The notes beneath the pieces are model-generated. The model was not told the origin of the DNA. It made no database searches and saw nothing but the letters and a program-made list of their open reading frames with translations. A DNA stretch of 64,000 nucleotides, from the NCBI GenBank assembly GCA_963846345.1, contig CAWJVP010000004.1:311848-375847 (forward strand), written 5' to 3'. Below, piece after piece: positions 51,047 through 63,347 of the stretch; within the stretch, counting starts at the first letter, position 1, and each line of letters opens with the position of its first letter. This DNA is from an uncultured Alphaproteobacteria bacterium. Its GTDB lineage: Bacteria > Pseudomonadota > Alphaproteobacteria > Rhizobiales > Rhizobiaceae. The translations under genes and the position numbers were made by a program.

Positions 51047-51631
51047 TCAGCCGGCGCGCAGCCTTTCGGCGATCGCTTCAACCTGGCGGCGCGCATCCTC
51101 AAGGCCGTTGTCGGTCGTCACGATGAAGTGCGCGCGGGCACGCTTTTGCGCATCCGGCGTCTGTCGCGCAAGGATCGCCTCGAACTTTTCCGGGCTCATC
51201 CCCGGACGGGCAAGCACGCGGCGACGTTGCTCCGCGGCATCCGCGGTGACGACGATCACGCCATCGACACGGCTTTCGCCGCCCTTTTCGAAGAGCAACG
51301 GGATATCGAGGATTACAAAAGGCGCACCGGCGGCTTTCGCCTCGCGAAGGAACCGCGCCTCCTCCTCCCGCACGAGCGGGTGGACTGCCTCTTCCAGCTT
51401 GCGCATCGCCTCTTCATTGCCGATGACGCGGCCGGAAAGAAGCGCCCGATCGACGACGCCGTCGCGCGTGGTTCCGGGAAACAGCGCCTCCACCACCGGC
51501 ACGGCGCGCCCGGCATAGAGCGCATGGACGGCAGCATCGGCGTCGTGGACGGGGATGCCGAGGTCGCGGAACATCGCCGCGGTCGTCGACTTGCCCATTC
51601 CGATGGAACCGGTCAGCGCATAGACCTTCAT
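51047..51631 (-). CDS. coaE: Dephospho-CoA kinase
   Basis: Intact ORF. P-loop [16 protein letters not shown]. Overlaps the aroE stop. Confidence 0.9.
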   Translation of the reverse strand: MKVYALTGSIGMGKSTTAAMFRDLGIPVHDADAAVHALYAGRAVPVVEALFPGTTRDGVVDRALLSGRVIGNEEAMRKLEEAVHPLVREEEARFLREAKAAGAPFVILDIPLLFEKGGESRVDGVIVVTADAAEQRRRVLARPGMSPEKFEAILARQTPDAQKRARAHFIVTTDNGLEDARRQVEAIAERLRAG

Positions 51632-52464
51632 GCCCTTGCCCTTGCCGCCAGGATTTCCAGTAGGTGGTTCCGCAAGGCGTCGTCCACTTGCGGCCGCACG
51701 CCGAACCAGCGCTCGAAACCAGGCACCGCCTGGTGCAGCAGCATGCCGAGACCGTCGACCGTCGAAAGACCGCGCTCGCGCGCCTGCCGCAGCAACGGGG
51801 TCTCCAGCGGCACATAGACGATGTCGGTGACGATTGAATCGCTGCGGGCCGGCGCAAGATCGAGATCGCCTTCGTCCTTGCCCGTCATGCCGAGGGAGGT
51901 GGTGTTGACGATGAGGCCGGCGGTTGCCATGGGAGCGGCCATCTCGTCCCAGCTACATGGCCTGACCCTTGGCCCGAAGTCTCCCGCCAGCGCCTCGGCC
52001 CGCGCGAGGGTCCGGTTCGCGACGGTAACTTGCGACAGTCCCGCCGATAGCAGCGCATGGACGACGGCCCGCGCCGCGCCGCCCGCGCCCAGTACGAGGG
52101 CCGTACCGCAATCGCGCCAACGCGGCATGTGCTGGTCGAGATTGGCGGCAAAGCCGTAACCGTCCGTGCAGCCGCCGATAACCCTGCCGCCTTCGTGCCA
52201 GAGCGTGTTCACAGCGCCGATGGCCTTGGCGTCGCTGTCGATTTCATCGCACAAGGCAAATGCGGTTTCCTTGTGCGGAATGGTGACATTGCCGCCCGCG
52301 AATCCGCTTTGCGGCAAGGATTTGAGGAAATGCGGAAAATCCTGCTGGCTGACCGGCAGTGCCTCGTAGCTGCCGTCGATGGCATGGCGGCGCAGCCAGA
52401 AGCCGTGCAGGGCAGGCGACAGCGAGTGGCTGACCGGCCAGCCGGTCACGAATGCACGGGTCAA
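51628..52464 (-). CDS. aroE: Shikimate dehydrogenase
   Basis: Intact [22 protein letters not shown] and the NADP loop [16 protein letters not shown]. Confidence 0.85.
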   Translation of the reverse strand: MTRAFVTGWPVSHSLSPALHGFWLRRHAIDGSYEALPVSQQDFPHFLKSLPQSGFAGGNVTIPHKETAFALCDEIDSDAKAIGAVNTLWHEGGRVIGGCTDGYGFAANLDQHMPRWRDCGTALVLGAGGAARAVVHALLSAGLSQVTVANRTLARAEALAGDFGPRVRPCSWDEMAAPMATAGLIVNTTSLGMTGKDEGDLDLAPARSDSIVTDIVYVPLETPLLRQARERGLSTVDGLGMLLHQAVPGFERWFGVRPQVDDALRNHLLEILAARARA

Positions 52465-52482
52465 TGCTTGAGCCTCCGGCGT

Positions 52483-53091
52483 TCAGGCATCGATGAAGCC
52501 CCTTTCGCGCAGCTGGGCGAGCAGCGGCAGCAGCGGCAGGCCGATCACGGAAAAGAAGTCGCCTTCCATGCGCTCGATGAGTTGCGCTCCCATGCCTTCC
52601 ACCTGGTAGGCGCCGACACTCGTCAGCGCCTTGTCGCCGACCTCAGCCAGATGCCTGCCTACAAAGCCCGGATCGAGCTTGCGAAAGGTGATGTGCGTTA
52701 CTTCGACATGCGACCACAGGATTTCGCCGTCCTGTACGAGGCAGACCCCGGAATTGAGTTGGTGCGTCTTGCCGGACAGGAGCAGAAGCCGGTCGATCGC
52801 CTCGTCCATGTTGCGCGGCTTGTGCAGGATCTCGCTGCCGAGACTGAGCGTCTGGTCCGCGCCGATGATCGCCGCGGAGGGAAATCTCGAGGAGACTTCG
52901 TCGGCCTTCGCCTGCGACAGCACGAGCGCGATGTCGTCGGGGCCGATCTCGGAACCCTCGAGCGTTTCCTCGACGGCGCGCTCGTCGATCATCGCCGGAA
53001 TTGCTTCGACCGCGATGCCGGCATTTCGCAGCATCGCGGCGCGCCAGGGACTGGCCGACGCCAGGATCAGGCGGATGTGGTTGACCGTCAT
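52483..53091 (-). CDS. maf: Maf-like nucleotide pyrophosphatase
   Basis: Within ORF 52483..53211; start at 53091, overlapping the upstream stop (ATGA). [19 protein letters not shown] and [28 protein letters not shown]. Confidence 0.85.
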   Translation of the reverse strand: MTVNHIRLILASASPWRAAMLRNAGIAVEAIPAMIDERAVEETLEGSEIGPDDIALVLSQAKADEVSSRFPSAAIIGADQTLSLGSEILHKPRNMDEAIDRLLLLSGKTHQLNSGVCLVQDGEILWSHVEVTHITFRKLDPGFVGRHLAEVGDKALTSVGAYQVEGMGAQLIERMEGDFFSVIGLPLLPLLAQLRERGFIDA

Positions 53092-53936
53092 TTTTCGTAG
53101 CCTCCATGAAAACGCGCAAGGTGCTCGGCCCGAAGGCTGAGAACCGAAGCCGCCGTTTCCTCGATCGACTTGCGCGAAACATCGATCATCGGCCAGCCCA
53201 TGCGCTGACAAAGCTTGCGGGTGTGTGCAAGTTCCTCGGCAATCGAAGCGCGGTCGACATAGGCCGGGCTCGGCGTCGACGCACCATGGCTGAGCAGGCG
53301 GTTCTGCCGGACATGGAAGATCCGGTCTGTGGTCGCAACCAGCGCAACCACCAGGGGATGGCGTGCCTGGTAGACGGCGGGCGCGAGTTCCACCCCCGGC
53401 ACGATCGGGATGTTGACGGTCTTGATGCCGCGATTGGCGAGGTAAATGCTGGTCGGCGTCTTGGATGTGCGGCTGATGCCGATGAGCACGACATCGGCTT
53501 CCTCGAGATCGTCGGGCAGCACCCCGTCGTCATGCATCATGGTGAAGTTCAAGGCGTCGATGCGGGCGAAGTATTCGGCGTTGAGTTCGTGCTGGGCGCC
53601 GACCTTTCGCGAGGCCGGGATCCCCAGGTAGGACTGGAAGGTCTGGAAGATCGGCTCCAGCAGCGAAGTGCAGGGCGTGCCCATCTTGCGGCAGCTCTCT
53701 TCCAGGAACCCGCCGAGTTCGCCATCGGCAATGGTGTAGAGCACGATGCCGGGCTGCCTGTCGATGGAACCGATCACGCGTTCAAGCATCTTCCTGTTTC
53801 GGATCAGCGGATAGACATGTTCGATCGCGTGCGTTCCCTTGTACTGGGAGGTGACGGCGCGGCTGGCCGCGATCAGCGTTTCGCCGGTCGCATCGGAGAT
53901 GAGGTGAAGGTGGAACCAGGTTTCTGCGCCGGTCAT
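53088..53936 (-). CDS. Pyruvate, phosphate/water dikinase regulatory protein (DUF299, PpsR-like kinase/pyrophosphorylase)
   Basis: ORF 53088..53960, intact. [14 protein letters not shown] and the P-loop [33 protein letters not shown]. Confidence 0.8.
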   Translation of the reverse strand: MTGAETWFHLHLISDATGETLIAASRAVTSQYKGTHAIEHVYPLIRNRKMLERVIGSIDRQPGIVLYTIADGELGGFLEESCRKMGTPCTSLLEPIFQTFQSYLGIPASRKVGAQHELNAEYFARIDALNFTMMHDDGVLPDDLEEADVVLIGISRTSKTPTSIYLANRGIKTVNIPIVPGVELAPAVYQARHPLVVALVATTDRIFHVRQNRLLSHGASTPSPAYVDRASIAEELAHTRKLCQRMGWPMIDVSRKSIEETAASVLSLRAEHLARFHGGYEK

Positions 53937-54327
53937 GCGGAGTCCTTGGCCTGTGGACAAGGCGGGAGAAAAAGCCGGCCCGGCCCCGGGGGAGCTAAAC
54001 GGTGCCCGCTGACGGGTTTACGGGGCACATTCGCCGGCCTGTAAATCGCAAAGCGAAGCGGTTGTGAATAGCGCGCATTCGATTTTGTCCGCAGCCATCC
54101 ACCGCCATTTCCTGAAAGCCAAGGCAGTCCGCGCGAACTTGGCCATTGTTTTAAAACCGCTAATCGGGTTTTCCCCATTATTGCCAAGCGAGGCTCGAGC
54201 TGTGCGGTTTTTGCACATGCGCAGCGCTCGATATGGCGCAGCGCCGCAATTGCCGCTATCCACAGACTCTATGAATTCAGAATTGGCGCAAGCCAACTTT
54301 CTTTTAGAAGGGGACCCCTGTGGAACA
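53937..54327. other. Candidate chromosomal replication origin (oriC) upstream of hemE
   Basis: ORF-free gap of lower GC. DnaA-box-like 9-mers at 53952..53960 (rc TTGTCCACA), 54063..54071 (rc CTATTCACA), 54085..54093 (TTGTCCGCA), 54256..54264 (CTATCCACA) and 54319..54327 (rc TGTTCCACA). A/T-rich tracts at 54145..54185 and 54267..54310. Gene orientation diverges here, next to hemE. Confidence 0.45.
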
Positions 54328-55350
54328 TTCGGTCGAGCGCAAGCTGGTTCGCGTCCTGGATGGCCAATCGATGGAAATCCCGCCGGTCTGGCTGATGCGG
54401 CAGGCAGGGAGATATCTGCCGGAATATCGCGAGACGCGCCGCAAGGCCGGGAGCTTTCTCGATCTTTGCTACACGCCGGAACATGCGATCGAAGTGACGT
54501 TGCAGCCCATTCGCCGGTTCGGCTTCGACGCGGCAATCCTGTTCTCCGACATCCTGGTGATCCCGGACGCGTTGGGAAGGAAGGTCCAGTTCGAGGAGGG
54601 TCGGGGACCTGTACTCGAGCCGATATCGGCATCGGAGATCCATCAGCTTTCAGGCGAGGGAGCACTTGAGCATCTCCAGCCGGTTCTCGAAGCGGTGAAA
54701 GGTATCCGTTCGGCGCTGCCAGGCGAAACGACGCTGCTGGGATTTTGCGGAGCGCCCTGGACGGTCGCAACCTACATGATCGCCGGGCATGGAACGCCGG
54801 ACCAGGCGCCGGCGCGGCTGTTCTCCTACCGCGAGCCTGAGGCTTTCGCCCGGCTGCTGGATCTCCTGGCTGACGTTTCCGCCGATTACCTCGTGGCACA
54901 GCTCAAGTGCAGGGGCCGATGCCGTGCAGATCTTCGATTCATGGGCCGGCGTGCTGGGCGAGGAAGACTTCGAGAAATGGTGCGTCGCGCCGGTCAAACG
55001 GATCGTCGACAAGGTGCGCTCGAAAGTGCCCGGCGCACGCATCATCGGCTTTCCGAAAGGGGCCGGCATCCTCTACTCGGATTACCGCGACCCGTACCGG
55101 CGTCACGGCTCTGGGCCTCGACTGGGCGGTTCCCCTGTCCTTTGCCCGCCGGCTGCAGGGCGGGGGCGCGGTGCAGGGCAATCTCGATCCGATGCGCATC
55201 GTGGCGGGCGGCGATGCTTTGGACAGGGGCGTCGATGCTATCCTCGAGGCGCTGCGCGGCGGGCCATTCATCTTCAATCTCGGCCACGGCATCACGCCCG
55301 AGGCGCCGATCGGCAATGTCGAGCGCATGCTGAAGCGGATCAGGGGGTGA
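54320..55350 (+). pseudogene. hemE: Uroporphyrinogen decarboxylase; two frame breaks (about 54.90 and 55.10 kb) as sequenced
   Basis: [18 protein letters not shown] (54320..55333), [21 protein letters not shown] (54789..55361), [52 protein letters not shown] (54907..55350). Confidence 0.9.
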
Positions 55351-55353
55351 GCG

Positions 55354-55776
55354 ATGTATGAATGGGCGAAGACGCTTCACATCATTTCGATCATCACCTG
55401 GATGGCGGCGCTGTTCTACCTGCCGCGGCTGATGGTCTACCACGTCGGCAGCGAACCCGGTTCGGTGCAGTCCGAGACCTTCAAGGTGATGGAGCGCCGG
55501 CTGCTGAAGGCGATCATGACGCCGTCGATGATTGCCGCCTGGGTCTTCGGGCTTTGGGTGATGTGGGAGATCTCGGCCTGGCAACAGGGCTGGTTCCACG
55601 CAAAGCTGATGCTGGTGGTGCTGATGAGCGCCTTCCATGGTTTTTGCGCGGTCTGGGTCAAGGAACTCGCCCGCGACGAGCGCAAGCGTTCGGACCGGTT
55701 CTACCGTTTCGTCAACGAAATTCCGACGGTGTTGATGGTCCTCATCGTCATTCTCGTGGTGGTCAAGCCGTTCTGA
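55354..55776 (+). CDS. hemJ: Protoporphyrinogen IX oxidase HemJ (CopD-like membrane protein)
   Basis: Intact 140-aa ORF right after hem[31 protein letters not shown] and four TM helices. Confidence 0.8.
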   Translation: MYEWAKTLHIISIITWMAALFYLPRLMVYHVGSEPGSVQSETFKVMERRLLKAIMTPSMIAAWVFGLWVMWEISAWQQGWFHAKLMLVVLMSAFHGFCAVWVKELARDERKRSDRFYRFVNEIPTVLMVLIVILVVVKPF

Positions 55777-55970
55777 CGGGCACTGCGGCGCGCCCACCTG
55801 AATTTTCTGCTTGAGAGAATTGCCCGCGCCGTCTATTTTCCAGTTCTCTTTCCCGAATGCCCAGCATACGGCCGGCGACCATGGCGTCGCACGATGGCCC
55901 GCATTGGCGGCATCCCCGTTTTCTCCCGAGCGCATGACCTTTCAAGAATAGCGCAGAAAGTATCTCCTTC

Positions 55971-57238
55971 ATGGAACAGATGAAATTACAGGAACTGAAG
56001 GCCAAGACGCCGACGGATCTCGTCAGCTTTGCCGAAGGCCTGAGTGTCGAGAACGCCAGCACGATGCGCAAGCAGGAGCTGATGTTCGCGATCCTCAAGA
56101 AGCTGGCCGAGCAGGACGTCGAGATCATCGGCGAGGGCGTCGTCGAGATCTTGCAGGACGGTTTCGGCTTCCTGCGGTCGGCCAGCGCGAACTATCTTGC
56201 CAGGCCCGGACGACATCTACATTTCGCCTTCGCAGATCCGCCGCTTCTCGCTGAAGACCGGCGACACGGTCGAAGGTCCGATCCGCGGACCCAAGGAAGG
56301 CGAGCGTTACTTCGCGCTGCTCAAGGTCAACACGATCAATTTCGAGGATCCCGAGAAGATCCGCCACAAGGTCCACTTCGACAATCTGACGCCGCTCTAC
56401 CCCAACGAGCGCTTCAAGATGGAACTCGATGATCCCACGACGAAGGACCTGTCGGCGCGGGTCATCGACCTGGTGGCTCCGCTCGGCAAGGGCCAGCGCG
56501 GCCTGATCGTCGCGCCGCCGCGCACCGGCAAGACGGTGCTGCTGCAGAACATCGCCCATTCCATCACGGCCAATCATCCGGAGATGCTATCTCATCGTCC
56601 TGCTGATCGACGAGCGGCCCGAGGAAGTGACCGACATGCAGCGCTCGGTGAAGGGCGAGGTGGTGTCCTCCACCTTCGACGAACCGGCCGCGCGCCACGT
56701 CCAGGTTGCGGAGATGGTCATCGAAAAGGCCAAGCGCCTTGTCGAACATGGCCGCGACGTCGTCATCCTGCTCGATTCGATCACGCGCCTCGGCCGTGCC
56801 TACAACACGGTGGTGCCGTCATCGGGCAAGGTCCTGACCGGCGGTGTCGACGCCAACGCCCTGCAGCGGCCGAAGCGCTTCTTCGGCGCCGCGCGAAACA
56901 TCGAGGAGGGCGGCTCGCTGACGATCATCGCGACCGCGCTGATCGATACCGGCAGCCGCATGGACGAAGTGATCTTCGAAGAGTTCAAGGGAACCGGCAA
57001 CTCGGAAATCGTCCTCGACCGCAAGGTGGCGGACAAGCGCGTCTTCCCGTCGATCGACATCCTCAAGTCCGGTACCCGCAAGGAAGACCTGCTCGTGCCG
57101 CGCGCCGATCTGCAGAAGATCTTCGTGCTGCGCCGCATCCTGTCCTCCATGGGCACGACCGATGCGATCGAATTCCTCATCGACAAGCTCAAGCAGACAA
57201 AGACCAACGCCGAGTTCTTCGACACGATGAATACCTGA
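55971..57238 (+). pseudogene. rho: Transcription termination factor Rho; two frame breaks (about 56.20 and 56.59 kb) as sequenced
   Basis: [42 protein letters not shown] (55971..56432). [32 protein letters not shown] (56197..57381). [34 protein letters not shown] (56627..57238). Confidence 0.95.
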
Positions 57239-57247
57239 CGGCTGGAT

Positions 57248-59277
<2,030 letters not shown>

Positions 59278-59322
59278 GACGCGATCCGTATCGAGAGGCA
59301 TGTCTGCGGAGCATATAGGACA

Positions 59323-60636
59323 GTGACGCAAGGATCGGACACGATTTTCGCGCTTTCCAGCGGGCATCCGCCCTCCGGCGTGGCAGTGATACGTTTGTCT
59401 GGCCCGCGGAGCCGATTCGCTCTCGAAACGATCGCCGGCGACCTGCCGCCTGCAAGGGTTGCTTCCTTGCGCATACTGGCCGATCCACGCAACGGTGCGG
59501 AGATCGACCGGGGGCTGGTGCTATGGTTCCCTGCGCCTGCAAGCTTTACCGGCGAGGATTGCGCAGAATTCCACATCCATGGCGGCGTTGCCGTCATCGC
59601 GGCGATGCTGGAAGTCCTGTCGAGCCTGCCGGGACTTCGGATGGCGCAAGCCGGGGAATTTTCGCGACGGGCATTCGAGAACGGCAAGCTGGACCTTACC
59701 GAACTCGAAGGCTTGGCGGACCTCGTTGCAGCGCAGACCGAGGCGCAACGCCGGCAGGCGGTGGCACAGGCCGGTGGGGTATTGCGCAGGAAGCTTGAGG
59801 CTTGGCGGGAGCGAATCATTTCACTGCGGGCATCCATGGAAGCGGCTTTCGACTTTGCGGATGAGGACGACGTGCCTGACGACGTGGGCTCCGATGTCTG
59901 GCGGAGGGCGGGGCAACTTGCCGGGGAGATCAAGGATTTTCTCGAAGACGGGAATGCCGGCGAGATCATCCGCGACGGCTTCCAGATCGTGCTGATGGGC
60001 GCGCCGAACTCCGGAAAATCCAGTCTTCTCAATGCATTGGCACGACGCGAGGCGGCAATTGTCTCTCCCGAGGCAGGTACGACACGGGACCTGGTGGAGG
60101 TTTCACTGGATCTTTCGGGCTTCAAGGTCGTGCTCGTCGATACGGCGGGGATCAGGGAGACAGAGGGCTTCGTGGAGCAGGAAGGAATGCGGCGCGCGCG
60201 CGAAAGGGCGCACGCGGCCGACCTCGTGATCTGGCTCACCCCTGTCGGCGCAGAGGAAGATGCGCCGGAACCAGCGATTGCCGCTCCGCTACTGTCGGTC
60301 AGATCGAAGGACGATTCGGGTGCGTTACGAGAGGGTTCGGTTTCAGTTGTGCGGGAAGGCGGGCTGGACTGGCTTGTTGCCAGGATCACCAGCCTTGTGG
60401 CGGGAACGGGCGTGCCCGTCGAGGCGGCGGCCGTGACGCGGGCGCGCCACCGCGAAAGCTCTGCTTGTCCTGCGCAGGCTTGCTGGAGCAGGCAGCGGGA
60501 TCTCCAATTGCTGGCGCCGGAAGTGCGGTCGGAACTGTTGCGCTCTGCCGGCGACGAAATCGGGCGGATCACCGGAAAGGTCGACGTCGAGGACCTTCTC
60601 GACCGGATATTCGCGGAATTCTGCATCGGCAAGTGA
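59323..60636 (+). CDS. mnmE: tRNA modification GTPase MnmE
   Basis: ORF 59269..60636; probable GTG start at 59323. DTIFALSSGHPPSGVAVIRLSG, G1 IVLMGAPNSGKSSLLNAL, LVDTAGIRETEG, C-terminal FCIGK. A short stretch around 60452..60510 may be out of frame. Confidence 0.9.
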   Translation: MTQGSDTIFALSSGHPPSGVAVIRLSGPRSRFALETIAGDLPPARVASLRILADPRNGAEIDRGLVLWFPAPASFTGEDCAEFHIHGGVAVIAAMLEVLSSLPGLRMAQAGEFSRRAFENGKLDLTELEGLADLVAAQTEAQRRQAVAQAGGVLRRKLEAWRERIISLRASMEAAFDFADEDDVPDDVGSDVWRRAGQLAGEIKDFLEDGNAGEIIRDGFQIVLMGAPNSGKSSLLNALARREAAIVSPEAGTTRDLVEVSLDLSGFKVVLVDTAGIRETEGFVEQEGMRRARERAHAADLVIWLTPVGAEEDAPEPAIAAPLLSVRSKDDSGALREGSVSVVREGGLDWLVARITSLVAGTGVPVEAAAVTRARHRESSACPAQACWSRQRDLQLLAPEVRSELLRSAGDEIGRITGKVDVEDLLDRIFAEFCIGK

Positions 60637-60649
60637 TTCACGTGAAACA
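60634..60649. promoter_or_regulatory. parS-like ParB binding site (15/16 match), overlapping the mnmE stop codon
   Basis: TGATTCACGTGAAACA versus the parS consensus TGTTTCACGTGAAACA. Confidence 0.6.
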
Positions 60650-60671
60650 GGATCGATGAACTCCGGCGACG

Positions 60672-60687
60672 TGTTTCACGTGAATCA
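60672..60687. promoter_or_regulatory. parS-like ParB binding site (15/16 match), upstream of mnmG
   Basis: TGTTTCACGTGAATCA. It is the exact reverse complement of the site at 60634..60649. Confidence 0.6.
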
Positions 60688-60744
60688 CTTTTGACCGTGA
60701 ATGCGAATTGGCTTAGAAGCACGGCCTGCCACAAAAACCCGGAC

Positions 60745-62649
60745 ATGAATGTGATCGCGCAACAAGCCGACAGTTTCGATGTGATCGTGATCGGCGGCGG
60801 CCATGCCGGGACCGAGGCTGCTTCCGCGGCCGCACGCATGGGCGCCCGCACGGCGCTTGTCACGCATCGTTTCGACACGGTGGGCGTAATGTCGTGCAAT
60901 CCGGCAATCGGCGGGCTCGGCAAGGGCCATCTTGTTCGCGAGATCGACGCGCTTGACGGGATCATGGGCCGCGCGGCCGACCTTGGCGGGATTCAGTTCC
61001 GCATGCTCAACCGGCGCAAGGGCCCGGCAGTGCGCGGGCCGCGAACACAGGCGGATCGCAAGCTTTACCGGCAGGCGGTTCAGGGATTGATTCGGGAGCA
61101 GAACGATCTCCATGTCGTCGAAGGCGCGGTGGAGGATCTGGTCCTTGACGACGGCGGTTCAGTTACCGGGGTCGTGCTTTCCGACGGCCGGATCTTGCGG
61201 GCCGGCGCGATTGTCCTGACCACAGGGACGTTTCTGCGCGGGCTCATCCATATCGGCGAGAGCAAGTTTCCTGCGGGGCGGATGGGCGAGCAGCCTTCGA
61301 ATGGCCTTTCCGGTACGCTGGAACGCGCGGGATTTGCGCTAGGCCGCTTGAAGACAGGGACCCCCGCACGCCTCGACGGGCGAACGATAGACTGGGACAG
61401 CATCGAGAGCCAGGCCGCGGACGAGGATCGTGTGCCGTTCTCCACGCTGACGGACAAGATCACCAACCCGCAGATCGATTGCGGGGTGACGCGCACCACG
61501 CCGGCCACGCACCGGATCATCGAGGAAAACATCCATCGTTCGGCGATGTATTCGGGCCAGATCGCGGGCGTCGGGCCCCGCTACTGCCCGTCGGTCGAGG
61601 ACAAGATCGTGCGTTTCGGCGAGCGTGACGGGCACCAGATCTTCCTGGAACCGGAGGGCCTGGACGACCATACGGTCTATCCGAACGGGATTTCCACCTC
61701 CCTGCCGGAAGATGTCCAGCGGGCCTTCATCGCAACAATTCCGGGGCTGGAAAAGGCGGTGATCCTGCAGCCCGGCTACGCGATCGAATATGACCACGTC
61801 GATCCGCGCGAATTGCGGCCTAGTCTCGAGACGAGGCGGGTACCCGGCCTTTTTCTTGCCGGCCAGATAAACGGTACCACGGGTTATGAAGAAGCCGGTG
61901 CCCAGGGCGTGGTTGCCGGTATCAATGCCGCCCGCAAGGCCGGCGGGGGCGAACCCGTCCATTTTTCCCGGACCATGAGCTATATCGGCGTGATGATCGA
62001 TGATCTCGTCACGCGCGGTGTCAGCGAGCCATATCGCATGTTCACATCGCGGGCCGAGTATCGCCTGTCGCTTCGCGCCGACAATGCGGACCAGCGGCTG
62101 ACTCCTGCCGGCCTGGCGGCGGGATGCGTGGGCAGCATTCGCGAGCAGGCCTTTGCCGCGAAGATGCAGCAGATCGATTCGGCAAGGGAACGACTTCAGG
62201 TTCTGAGCATCACCCCGAATGAAGCCGCGGCGCAGGGAATCCGCCTGAACCAGGACGGCATCCGCCGGTCGGGCTGGGATCTGCTGTCCTATCCGGAATT
62301 CGAGTTTGAAACACTGGCCGGTCTTTGGCCGGAACTGCAGGCGTTCCAGCCGGCAATCGGGGCGCAGGTCAAGATCGAAGCGGCCTATTCGGTTTATCTT
62401 GGCCGCCAGTCAACCGACATTGCCGCTGTCGAACGGGAGGAAGCGCTCGCGATTCCGGATGAATTCGACTATCGGGCGCTGTCAGGCCTATCGCACGAGC
62501 TGGTCCAAAGGCTGGAAAGGGTTCGCCCTGCGAGCCTGGGCCAGGCGGGCCGGCTCGAAGGCATGACTCCGGCGGCAATCACGCTCATCCTCACGCACCT
62601 CAAGCGGAGCCGTCGCGACGCCAGGTCAGTCTCTGCCGGGCGGCCGTAA
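60745..62649 (+). CDS. mnmG: tRNA uridine 5-carboxymethylaminomethyl modification enzyme MnmG (GidA)
   Basis: Intact ORF 60691..62649; ATG at 60745. FAD fold [16 protein letters not shown]. Colinear with GidA over its whole length. Confidence 0.95.
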   Translation: MNVIAQQADSFDVIVIGGGHAGTEAASAAARMGARTALVTHRFDTVGVMSCNPAIGGLGKGHLVREIDALDGIMGRAADLGGIQFRMLNRRKGPAVRGPRTQADRKLYRQAVQGLIREQNDLHVVEGAVEDLVLDDGGSVTGVVLSDGRILRAGAIVLTTGTFLRGLIHIGESKFPAGRMGEQPSNGLSGTLERAGFALGRLKTGTPARLDGRTIDWDSIESQAADEDRVPFSTLTDKITNPQIDCGVTRTTPATHRIIEENIHRSAMYSGQIAGVGPRYCPSVEDKIVRFGERDGHQIFLEPEGLDDHTVYPNGISTSLPEDVQRAFIATIPGLEKAVILQPGYAIEYDHVDPRELRPSLETRRVPGLFLAGQINGTTGYEEAGAQGVVAGINAARKAGGGEPVHFSRTMSYIGVMIDDLVTRGVSEPYRMFTSRAEYRLSLRADNADQRLTPAGLAAGCVGSIREQAFAAKMQQIDSARERLQVLSITPNEAAAQGIRLNQDGIRRSGWDLLSYPEFEFETLAGLWPELQAFQPAIGAQVKIEAAYSVYLGRQSTDIAAVEREEALAIPDEFDYRALSGLSHELVQRLERVRPASLGQAGRLEGMTPAAITLILTHLKRSRRDARSVSAGRP

Positions 62650-62652
62650 CGC

Positions 62653-63309
62653 ATGTCTGGTCCGTCTGCCGCCGAAGCGGAGTTGATTGCGGGCATCCAC
62701 CCGGTTTCACGTGAAACAATCGATCGCCTGTCCATCTATCGGCAACTATTGGAAACATGGCAGGTAAAGACCAACCTCGTCGCGCCGAACACGCTCGGTC
62801 ACTTCTGGTCGCGCCATGTCGCCGACAGCCTTCAGGTAAAAGCGCTGGCGCCCGGCGCCCGGCGCCTTGTCGACCTCGGCAGCGGCGGCGGCTTTCCCGG
62901 CTTGGTGCTGGCGATCGCCAATGCCGGCGAGGATGGCGCGCAACAGCATCTGGTCGAGAGCCTCGCGAAAAAGTGTGCGTTCCTGCGTGAGGTGGCGCGC
63001 GCAACTGGCGCTGTCGTCTCGATCCACAACGAACGGATCGAATTGGCTGCGGAACGGCTGGCGCACCTCGTGCCTGCGCCGGAAATCGTGACGGCAAGGG
63101 CGCTCGCGCCGCTGAAGCAATTGCTGCCGCTTGCCGCTCCGCTGTTGCAAGCCGGAGCAACCGCCATATTCCACAAGGGGCGCGAATATATGCGCGAGAT
63201 CGAAGAATGCCATGGTTTGTGGCGGTTCGATCTGGTAGTACACGACAGCAGGATCGAGGCGGGCTCTGCCCTGCTGGAAATCCGGAACCTCAGGACGGCA
63301 AACGACTGA
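62653..63309 (+). CDS. rsmG: 16S rRNA (guanine527-N7)-methyltransferase RsmG (GidB)
   Basis: Intact ORF. SAM motif LVDLGSGGGFPGLVLAI. Position between mnmG and parA. Confidence 0.9.
   Translation: MSGPSAAEAELIAGIHPVSRETIDRLSIYRQLLETWQVKTNLVAPNTLGHFWSRHVADSLQVKALAPGARRLVDLGSGGGFPGLVLAIANAGEDGAQQHLVESLAKKCAFLREVARATGAVVSIHNERIELAAERLAHLVPAPEIVTARALAPLKQLLPLAAPLLQAGATAIFHKGREYMREIEECHGLWRFDLVVHDSRIEAGSALLEIRNLRTAND
62703..62718. promoter_or_regulatory. parS-like ParB binding site (15/16 match) inside the rsmG coding sequence
   Basis: GGTTTCACGTGAAACA, spanning the codons for (P)VSRET of RsmG. Confidence 0.6.
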
Positions 63310-63347
63310 CATCATTGCCGAATCCGTCAAGCGCAAGAGTTCCGAGC

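Noticed and set aside
54146-54165. CtrA box (TTAA-N7-TTAA) in the oriC candidate
   Set aside because: TTAAAACCGCTAATC gives TTAA-N7-AATC, which is only a half match. No full site was seen by eye, so CtrA control of this origin is not claimed.
60452-60510. Compensated double frameshift inside mnmE
   Set aside because: The alternative frame (LSCAGLLEQAAGS) looks more like the helical MnmE region than the in-frame SSACPAQACWSRQRDLQ. The region is poorly conserved, and I cannot decide without an alignment. It is noted only in the feature evidence.
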